In this document: in pieces, positions 53,401 to 64,000 of the stretch | How the letters are laid out: every line of letters starts with the position of its first letter | Position numbering within the stretch: the first letter of the stretch is position 1 | Assembly (NCBI RefSeq): GCF_022539665.2 | Contig: NC_081332.1 | Location: forward strand, 6,510,001 to 6,574,000 | Length of the DNA stretch: 64,000 bases | Direction: 5' to 3' | From: Daphnia carinata | Lineage: Eukaryota | The notes under the pieces: model-generated | Database searches by the model: none | The model's input: the letters and a program-made list of their open reading frames with translations, nothing else | What the model was told of the DNA's origin: nothing | Translations under genes and position numbers: made by a program

Positions 53401-56400
53401 TCATGTTACTAAAGTGTAAAATTAATTCATAAGACACAGCTGATAATTAATGAGATGGTACTTGTCTGTATCGCAGCTAGCTGTAAACATTCCAGCATTT
53501 AGCACATCAGCAGTTCAACGGATAGCATTATGCAAGGACGTCGGTGTCATCACGGGGTATTTTTGTTTTGTTTTTGTTTGTTTTCTGCTTTTACTGGGAA
53601 AAGAAGAAACAAAACCTGTAAGGTTTCTAAACCTAAGTAGGAAACACGGGGATGACTGAAAAGTTAAAATAAACAAAGCAAAAAAAAAAAAAATCTGTTG
53701 ATGACTTTCAAACGACGGCAGAGCAATTAACTCCCCGTAAGTCTCTCCGACAACATAAAAACGCCCTTTGAGGTCTTTTCTTTAATACATTAGCAGAATG
53801 ACTGAGGTTCCCTATAGAAACGGGAGAAATCTCAACAACGGGGGGAGAAAAGCAAGAGTTGGGTATCATTAGAGAGCTAAGCTAGAAGCATCTACATAAA
53901 TATAGAAACTCGTCCAAGAAAATGAAAAGTGAGCTCCGCAGTCTGGTGTTCCACTTTTATCACGCCCAGATGATGCCTTTACTTTTAAACTGTTTCCAGA
54001 ATTTGTATGATGTACTACACATTGTTTCTACTAGGGAAACAACAGATTGACTCGTATGCCTCCAAAGAAAGTGGGAGTCGCTTAGCTGGACATGACGTTC
54101 GACTGATTGGCTTTACTAAACTCCCATATTCAATATATTTCTTCTTTTACAAGAATCGAAACTTTTTATATTAGCAAAGAACGAACGATGGGCTCGCAGT
54201 GAAATACTGGATCGTCAAAACCATCGGCAGGCAGCATTTTATTTTGTACAAGCAAAACAAAGAGCCCTCCAAAGAAACAATCAAAAACCTATCGGAGAGA
54301 AGTCAAGCGAACGAAACACGCACGGACCCGCTCCGCAGAGTTAGTCTCATTCGGATTACCACCCGCTTTCCTTTCTCTCCGACGAGATCAATGAAGCGTA
54401 TCGCACTGCAAAATCTGTAATTCTCTCTTAAAATCTGCCACTCAACCAACCTGTTGAAAACATACTGCGTATCCATACATCCATTACATTCTACGCTCGT
54501 CTTTTCAAATTCATTGCACTACAATAATCATTTGCGTCGTTACACGATTCAAGATATAAGAAAAAGTTAAAAACAAATAAATTATTCATCGTCTTTCGTT
54601 CTGAATGACAGTGTTCCTCTTAGGGTTTTTTTTTTGTCCCCGGCTAAATATTCATACAAGAGCGGCTATTAAAGCGTTGCTTGTTAGGGAACACGGACTG
54701 AAATAGATACGTGGGATGGTAGCTGCTAATACGTAAGTTCCTAGTTGACTGAATAACGACGACATCGTAGGCAATCCTTTTGAGTACCGTGACCTATAGC
54801 CAGCGTACGAAGAATAGAAGAAGGAATGCTGCCGATCGCATTAGTTTGACGTTAAACATTTCTGAGACTTTAAGACCGAGACGAGACTTGCTGCCAGGTT
54901 TCTCTCTCCCCCCTGTAAAGTCTTAGTGAAGTTTCATAAATTAGGAGTAGACCCAAATTCTGCCCGAGCTTACACCGCCTCCAACTGAGATGCGCACCTT
55001 GTCTCTACACAATAGCAGCCAAACACGCGGCGGCGCATCATAGTTTTAAAGCTTTCGTGCCAGCGTCAAACAACGCGTACCTACTTAATATACAAAAACA
55101 TCCTTTGTTTTCTCTATTTTCTTGTTTCTTTTTCGTGCCTTTCTGCCCGGAATATTGGAATATTTACAACTCAAATTCCTTGCAAAATATTCCACCTGTC
55201 TTGAATGCTTAATGTGGCATTTTTTCGAAATAATATCCTCGTGTCAAAGAAAAAGAGTCAGTGTCGAATAACCCCGACATGTACTCCCTGAAAAGGAAAA
55301 AAAAAGTCCTCCCCATTTGGCAATTCGCTTTTTTTATTACCTTTTTTCATGACTCGGATCTAACAAGGACCACGGTCGGGGTCATAATACGATTCACAAA
55401 ACTATAAAAAAAAAGGACTTCTTCCAGAGAAAAGTGAAGACTATTGCCCCATTTTAATATAATCGTTCTCGACATAGACTAATGCACATTGCAGGACTCG
55501 CTACCTCCCGTGGGCCGACTACCAATAGGTCGACAAACGGCCGACAAAAAGGTTCGCTAAATAGTTCTGACGTTCCTTTCGTTTCCGAAAGTCTGTTGTT
55601 TTATATTTTGCTTTCCTTTAACTTGCCGAGACAGGCTTTCAGAACTTTTAGAAGCGTAACGACAGTAGGCCGCCCACGTCATCTCACCTCCAGTCCGCAG
55701 CTGTAAACGCCAGCGCCGTTCGCCGTTTGAAAGCCTGCTTGCTAACAAATCCTTTGCGAAAAGTTGTGGCCGGTATTGTGTTCGACGGGCACAGCAATCT
55801 TTTTTCATTAGACGACCATTGTTTGGTGGAAACGCTGTCGCGTGCGTCCCAAGTCGCTGCTCACAAATAGCAATACACCCGTTTCACAAACCAAATGCTT
55901 CTTCGTGTCCGACACATTTCTCGATTTGCTCGGCGTCGTTTTCGAAGACGAATTGACTGGATAAGTCAGAAGTAAAGCATCGTCCGTTTTGCTATTCAAC
56001 CGATACGAAGAGCACAACTTTCGCGTCTACAAACAGCAGTCGCAGTTCTCCTAAAGCCGGGAATTCGTATTTTATCGATCGTGGAAAACGCTAGGATATA
56101 TAGCTGGATAACACCGCCAACCGACTGATTTATCCTTGTGGGGCTGAAATTCACTTTAAAATATATATATATATATACAAGCTGCATACCCATTTGCTCG
56201 GTGCGCACCGTTTACTTCACGCTAGGCACGATTGCTAAAGGAATTCATTTTGATTACGGAAGCATTTGCCGCCCTATTTCGCGCCGCATACTTGCAATTT
56301 ATTTGACGCTGTGAGAGCGTCGGTCGAGTATACACACACCCGGAGTCCCGCTTTTCGCCCCAAAACAATCGACAAGCGCAAGAATGAACGTTTCTCTGCT

Positions 56401-59400
56401 ACTCCAAACTTTCGACAGCATTAATTAGAGTGAGAACGAGAGGACTTTGCTGGCTATACTTTGATATAGGCAGCCCGCCGGTCAGAGCCGTTGTGCTAGT
56501 CCATGGATTTCCGATAAATCGCCTTCGGTTGTGCGACGGGGTAAAATGAAGGGAGGGAAAAAAAAAACTCAACGAAAATTCGTATTTTGCAGACAACAAC
56601 GTAGATATACCAACAATACAGGCTATGGCAATATATCTCGCGCATCGATACGACATAGAAAAGACATGGTGTTTTGTACCTTACATGTATATACGACTCT
56701 AAGATGTGTATAGAAGCAGTGAAGCGTGAAGGGTAAAAGAAAAAAAAAAAAAAAGATCCCCCCTTCAGTGCGTGATGGTTTTCAACTGCTGAAAAACGAA
56801 AGACATGGGACTAGTGGAAAACTTTTAGAAGGAAGTGGGTACGAGAAGCCAGACATGGCGACTAGGGAAAATGAGGTTTACTGTGAATGCTTAATGGATA
56901 ATCGAAGAGCAACGATTCATTGCGTTTTCCCACACCGACGGCCCTTTCTGGAAATAAGAAAAAAAAAACTCAGCAGGAAGAAAAAAAAAAAAGGAAAATG
57001 ACGTGACTGACTTCCATCAACGCAGCACGATTGCACGTCGCACTTCCTACCCACTCCAAGCCCGTTATTTTATTTTTTATTTATATATTTATTTTTTCCC
57101 CGTTTTGATTTTTACCCTTTGCTCCTGAAGCGCGCGTCCCTCACTTTGATTGCTCTCTTCAAATTGCTTTTGATTAAATTACCGCAAACTGGGGAAGTTG
57201 TTCAAGCTCCTCATTTGTTCGGCTTTCTCGACGGCCTGTTTCCTCCATGTTATCTTTCCCGTTCAACCAGGTTAATGCAAGCATAACGAAGGGCCCGGCA
57301 TTCTAACGATTAAGCACTTGATTCCCGATTGATGTTGATCAACCTTCCTTCTAATATTTGTTCGAGTGCTAAAAAATAGTCACGTTTGATGATTTTCTCC
57401 TTTAAAACTGACATTGACGGCACGTCCTTCCCATAAAACGGGTACCGACTCAATTGTTTTTACAGCTGTTGTTTTATTGTCAAGTGTTATATAATTTCGC
57501 GCGAATGATCTACTTCAATGCGCCCAATGTTGTTGTTGCAAAAACGTGGCGCAAGGATGGCCCAAGTAAATGAAATCTGTTCAAATGACCGTGTCAGATT
57601 GGCGGAATTTCCTAAACACACAGCGAACACAACGGGCCCTCAAATGTTGGCTCGTTCGGAGCACGCATGTCCAAACCCCAAATCAAGTCTCTAGATAGTC
57701 GTACTCATTTCACTGTCTGTTTTAACGATGACTCAGCTTTAGGATGAAAAAAAAAAAATAGAGGAGAGAAAGAAAAAACACAGCACGTTATAGTAATAAG
57801 GTACACTGAAGAGTCGTTTGGCGTATCAGCAGGGGATTCACGCCGGCCGAGTTGAAACATGTGTAGCCATGTGAAGCACGGTGGGGTCCATGTGTGTGTG
57901 TGTGTGAACTGACAGCAAAGATAACAAGCTCGACGTCAATAGCTGAAGAACGACTCTAGAAAAAAACAACAAAAAATTCAAGTCAATACGAGAAGAAAAG
58001 AAAAAAAAATCCCAGCCTGTAATGTAAGGAAAATAGTCATTACCGAAGCAGTTGGGAACATTTCGTTATTTTATTCACGTTGAATTCTAGGCCAATTCTC
58101 ATTTGTAAGTCCTTTGCTTGAAAACAGCAGCTGACGCCAGATCTTGCCAATAATTTTTTGCGTGTATTTTTTGTTTGTTGGGATCGTACGCTGAATCGTT
58201 AAGGTGTGAAAGCCGTTGACACATTGACTTGCTTTAACGTTCCTTTTACCCATCGGGATTTGCTACCCGCCAACATAAGATCGCGAGTGGCAAGTACGCG
58301 ACTGCATACAACTCCCAGTTGTTTTCTTTCCATTTGTTATGTTGCTTTTCCCAAGTATTCCCTTATATCCTCCGTCGACATCATTTGTTTATTTATGTTC
58401 GTTGCGTGTTCGTGGAAACTCAACAACACGAACGGCTAATGCACCAGCCATTCCCCAACGGTCTTCCCTGATATTTCAAAAACGAATAAAATATGTAGAA
58501 TCGAATGGCTTAGCTATTTAACCTCCTTTATTCTCGTCTTTGCTGCAATTATATGGCCGACATGGTGGTTGACTATAATCAATTGATGACGACAAAAAAA
58601 AATGTGATTTTTACAAGCATTTTGAAGTGGAGCGAGTAGGCAAAATGCACGCCATGAAATTATAGCGAAAACATAATATCAATTTTTTTTTGTTTTATCA
58701 CAGCGTAAAGTGGATCAGCGGTTGCCAAGCCTATCGTTCGTCTAATGGTGATTTCGAATTCAATTTATCACATCACGTACTAAAAAAAAAAAATCTAATG
58801 CCACAACTCATTGGGATTAAATACGCGACGTCGCTAGTCTGTGGGTTGAAATGTAATCGTTTTATTTTTCCGATAAGTGCAGCGAAAGAAACGTAAAACG
58901 ATTGCAACTTATTTCGTTTGGAAGAGAGCAGAAGGTGTTCCAACTTTGTCGCTCATTTCAGAATAGTAATGACCTTCTCTTCCGACTTATTTTGCCTGGG
59001 CGTAAAGTGAAAATAATTGGAGACAAAAGGGCGACACTTGTTCTCAACTACGTCTAACCTTTTCCTGCGAGTTTACCCCGTTAAGTCGTTGTTAGCGACG
59101 TAAACCTCGCGGATCCCGAGCGCGCTCGACCGCATCAGCCGGCAACGCGAAAAGCCCAGTTCAATTCAAAAAATGGCAAATGTTTCATGGAAAAGGAAAG
59201 GGTAGGCAGCAACGAACGAGGCGATAACAAAATAAAAGAAATAACATCACACACGACAAAATGGGACGGCGTGTAACCATGTATATTATGTATAACGAGC
59301 AGAGGAGATGTAACACAGATCAAAATGCGGTTGTCAGCCGGCGTACAGCCGCCATCTCTTTCTCGCTGCCTTTCAATCCCGCGGGGCGGCAGTAGTCTTC

Positions 59401-62142
59401 TTTTTCCCCTCTCCGTCTTAAAAATCGTGAAATGACATTAGAGAACGAGGGAGATGAGCGAATAAAGATATTTCCATAGGCGACAAAATTTGAGTCGAGC
59501 AATGTCGCCAAAGGGAAATTGGGCATTTTTCACTGCGTTGCTCCTTCTCTCTCTCTCTCTCCTCTCTCTCTTCTTGCATGATGCTACTTTCCAAGCAGAC
59601 ATAACTGCGTTCAGCACACAGAGGTTCGAATAAATGTGCGCAAGGACTGAGCACAAAACTGAGCTCCATATCTGTCTTCTTTTTTTCTTTCCTCCTTTAT
59701 TCTTCCTTCCCCTTATTTTATTTTTTGTTTGTTTTTGTCTTTTTTTCTTGTTATCGTGTTGGCTTTAATCCCATACTTCGTTATATGGCGGGTGAAATAG
59801 ACGGGGTCCCCGCCAATGATTCAATGCCGTATATAAACCATCGGACCTATACTGCTTCAACAGCGTTGAACTGGGGCTCTCTGTCACGTTGCCGTATAGT
59901 GTGTGGGTCCTGTTGGGAGTGTTTGGCAATTCGAAAAGGGGGGGGGGGAGACGAAGCCAACAGGCCCACATATATATATATATAATGAATGAAAGTGCTG
60001 TTGATGACATCCCATTTATATAAATATGCCAGCAAAATGGAGACGAGCGAGAAAGGAAAGAGGAAGATGGACGACGGAATATCGTTGTTGGATTATGTGA
60101 CTAAAGCGGGCGGGTAGAAGGGTGTGGTTGGCCGCACACACACACACACACACAAAGAGGGTGAAAAAGGAAGGAGGGAGGCTCTATTTGGTCAGCCTGG
60201 TTTCATAGTGCGGTTGGGCGATTGTTGTGTTCTAAAAACTCGATGGCATTCTGAGTCATGGGGCTTTATGTATTGGCCTATAAAAACGGACCTTCGGTGG
60301 CAACACAGCAGGCCCCCTCTCCTATTACATAAGCGGACAAGCGGCTCCAATTTGCGTCAATCGAATGCCACGCCACTAGTAAATGAAGTGGCGATGAAGC
60401 TCTTTACCCAAACGTCTAAGATAAACCCCAGGAAGAACACGCAGGGAGGGGGATATCTCGTTATACGAACGGCATTCCCCCCTTGGTTCTCTGCCCCACA
60501 CAAATACAGATATCAAAATATGTCGTATACACAATCAGATGGCATTTACGATATTACTGTATCCAAATAGTCAGGGATGATTGGAGCAAAAATTCGTGGG
60601 TGCAACACCCACCATATAGTTGATGACTTCAGATATTTATCACCTCTTTTTATCACCACACTGGGCTACTTTAATTTTTGCGTTACTATTATCGATGTCC
60701 TGCGATTGGTATGCGTTTATTTACACCCGCAATTTGAAACGATAGGTGCGGTGGACGAGGGTCAAGAGCTCGCCATCGAGTCCGCTGAGAAACCTTATAA
60801 CCTTGCAGTATTCAAAGCCATACATTTCCGTACGAGCTTAAGTTTGTTTTCCCTTTGATTTATTGGACGTATACAGATACCATAGACGAGAATAAGAGCA
60901 CGGCTTGTCCCGTGGTTAAGACGTTCAAGGCTAGATTGATGGTCTGCATCTCTTTCATCCTATAGACGAATAGCGAAGCATATCTGTCTGAACCGCGCGC
61001 AAAATTTGCCAGCGACGCAATACAACGAAGGTTTTCCTTCCGCGTTTCCCAACGAACTCGGTGAATCGAATTTAACAAAAAAAAAAAAAACGCAATTGCA
61101 GTAATGCAGGAATAAATCGCTCTGTCCGGGCCATAAACTTCTGTTTATGTATTTTCGGACCGGAATTGAAAAAAACAGAAAAAAAAAAGACGTCATGTGA
61201 GAAAATTGCGAGGTTGCCGCACCTGTCTCTGTTGGAACTGCTAACTCCATTAGGCATTCGCATTCGCCCTTAAAAAAAACAAAAACGAAAATGCTAGGCG
61301 AAATGTGCGAAATGACGTCAATAAATTAAAAGCTTTATCATTTGTGCTATGTTTATTTCCTCCACTTCATCCGCCGATGAATTACTGACGCTCGCATAGA
61401 TTTTCAAGGAGTTAGAAGGGCTCGATCGGACGTGCTGTACGCTCTGGCGGAGCGCTATAGATGTTGGCGCTATTCATTGGCGGTTACTCATGCCAATACG
61501 TCATGGTTGGATTTATTTGTAAGCCGCTAGCAAAGAAAGGAAAGAAAAACGCGCAGCATTCAAAGTTCTGGAAAAATGAAATTGGATTTCAAACGCAATG
61601 ATAATGAAACACCATAGCAACCAATCGACGCGTGAGATCATTTTTAAGGCATTCGTTTCAAATGTCCTGAAAGCGATTTCGGAGTTTGCTCTTTCACGCA
61701 TTTTAGTTGCGTCATTTCCTGCACAAGTTTCTCACGCACAGGGATTCAAATGGACTTAGTACGTTCATTAAGTCTTCAGGGTTGCAACGATCCTCATCTC
61801 TTTCATTTTCCTATTCGCAAAACAAAAACCGTTTGATTTTCGTGGCAGATTAGCGGTGAACGTAACTCGTGCAACATGCTGAAATGGCGCCCTACCCTCA
61901 ATCATTATGCAGTTCTTGCGATAAGCGTAACACCATTTGTTTAAACAATGCGAGCATTAAACACATGCGGTTCGACATTAAAGAATTCGAACGGCGACGC
62001 GCCTGTTGATGCGTGGTAATTTTTCATTGGAGAGAGATGAAAGATTACCGTTTATTCTTTGATTCCACAGTTGGTAATAAGCATTATTTCATGTAAATGT
62101 AAAATCATTTGTTTCGCTAGATGATTACCAAAAGTATTTTCT

Positions 62143-62176
62143 TTTTTTTTTTTTTTTTTTTTTTTGGGGGGGGGGG
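62143..62176. repeat. Poly(T) run abutting poly(G) run
   Basis: Seen directly. Confidence 0.9.
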
Positions 62177-63806
62177 TTCGATTGCAATCAAGAAACTTAT
62201 AAGTGTGGATTTGCAAGTTTTAGCCGTTCGTTTTGAAGGTGATTTAAAGTTCGTTTCGAATCACTAAAACCGGAATAGACATATGTATAAGGACGTCTAT
62301 ACATCTTATCTTATCATCTGTTTTTGAAGCTCGCTTTCGCCATTTTTCTCTTGAAACACACAACATTCTGGCCTTTGTGATGCATGCGTTGTCACTCGCA
62401 CAGACAGCTGATTGAATAACGAACCATCTAGTTCGTTTTGGAACAGACTAAGTCATTCGCTAACTATACTTGTCAATCCCTATTACTAGATTCGCGTCGA
62501 ATGGATAAATAATGCGCTTTCCATTCTCCCTTTTGTTTTTCCTTTCCTTTCCTTTCCTTTTTTTTTTTTTTTTTAATATGTACACGACAGTTATTTACAC
62601 ACGTATTCTGGTTTACAGCTTGGGTGTAAATGGCAGCAGAGCTTGGGCAATTTTCCTCCGCCAGTCCAGCCCCTTCTCGCGTCTAGACGCGCCTTCTTGC
62701 TTTGACAACCAGACTCTATCACTCCTTCGTCCGTCTCCCTCCTTTTTTCTTTATTTTTATTTTATTTTATTTTTTTTGTTTTGTTTTCTTCTTCCCTTTT
62801 TTAAACAAAAAAATCGAAGAAAAAAGAAAACCAAGAAGCAAGAAATATATCTACGTATAAAGCAGTAGACGTAATAAGAGGACGAAAAAAAAAAGAGGAA
62901 TAGTCAAGAACAGAATGGGCCAAAAAGTAAGAAGGAAGAGTGTCAAACCAGCTGGTACTAACTGTGTGTTTGTTGGATGGTGACGGGGCAGGTTGTGGTG
63001 ACAGTACGGTTTGCATTTCTGTCTGTTTTTGGCTTCTTGTTTGTTTTCTATGCTGCACAGTCCGAAGAGAGAGTGACACATCGTCAACAACAGCCACGTC
63101 ATTAAAAGTGCGTGTAACTCGGTGCACCACGGACTCTCGCAGGCAGCAAAGGCGAAAAAGGTTTCCAACAATTCACGCCGTTTTACCTCGGCCGTCTGCC
63201 GATATATTGCCACTCGGTTTGACATCCATCGATGTAACTTTCGCAAATATGGTGCTGTCTTCGTTTTTTTTTGCTGCCCCTTATTCAACTGCACGTTTAC
63301 CTTTGGAGCGATAAAAAAAAATATATTATTATACACTAGGCTTTATTGTTATTTACGTGTTGGCCTGAGTCCATCGCAAACGCGTAACGTTGTGAACTAC
63401 ACCAAACTACATCTGGTGAAATCAATAGCCTTACAAAAAAAAAAAAAATAAATAAATAAAAAATGTTTACCGGGTTACCTTCCCGATGGATTGCAAAATG
63501 ATTGTGGACAGAAAATATGCCAATCAATTCTTAGATTTTGTTGGTATCTGCGACATACGTGAGTCGCGGCATGATTTCACGCATGGCCTTTTTTGTCAAT
63601 ACTTTTACCGCTATTTCCTTGTTTCAGTTCTTTTTTTTTTTTCCCATTTGATTTCAACGTGGATTGAAGCGCCCAAGTCAAAGGCGGCCATAGAAAAGCC
63701 CTCTCTCTCTCTCTCTTTCTATAAGTCGTGTGTAATTGAAACGGCGGCATTATGTGTTTTGGTTCCTGCTGTCACACGATGTGTTATGAGAAAAAGCGGA
63801 TAAAAA

Positions 63807-63808
<2 letters not shown>

Positions 63809-63842
<34 letters not shown>
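63809..63842. repeat. Poly(A) run of about 34 nt
   Basis: Seen directly; no recognisable retroelement body next to it. Confidence 0.9.
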
Positions 63843-63844
<2 letters not shown>

Positions 63845-64000
63845 AAGAAGGCTTTCCCTTTTTATTGCGGCTTGGCCTCAGAGGCCTACACACACGCCAA
63901 CAGAAAATTCAATATAGGGAACGGAACGAATGCGTTGCGAAGAACGCAGAATTTTCTGCGTACGTGTTTCTGAATATACCATCTCCAAAAAAAAACGGAA

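Overview
Eukaryotic genomic DNA with mostly 55-80 nt GT-AG introns. The gene set and intron style suggest a branchiopod crustacean such as Daphnia (inference). The left 41 kb is gene-dense: DDX46/Prp5 helicase (-), a proline-rich gene with four SRxFRxLQ motifs resembling Drosophila CG43897 (-), a CRAL-TRIO lipid-transfer gene (+), a Meltrin/ADAM12-like metalloprotease (+), a C20orf27/ADISSP homologue (-), an intronless 632-aa signal-anchored repeat protein I cannot assign (+), and AAGAB (+). The right 23 kb is almost all non-coding, except a probable signal-peptide exon at 50286-50442 that opens a long intron. Best leads: (1) a candidate five-micro-exon gene at 38473-38859 (-) encoding a 27-aa peptide, head-to-head with AAGAB and invisible to the ORF track; (2) the intronless hierarchical-repeat protein; (3) two alternative cytoplasmic tails for the ADAM; (4) an alternative 20-nt terminal exon giving the CG43897-like protein a PDZ-ligand-like end; (5) the first 280 bp are a chimera of two decayed coding fragments whose partners flank the repeat-protein gene. 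All splice models were built by hand and are untested.
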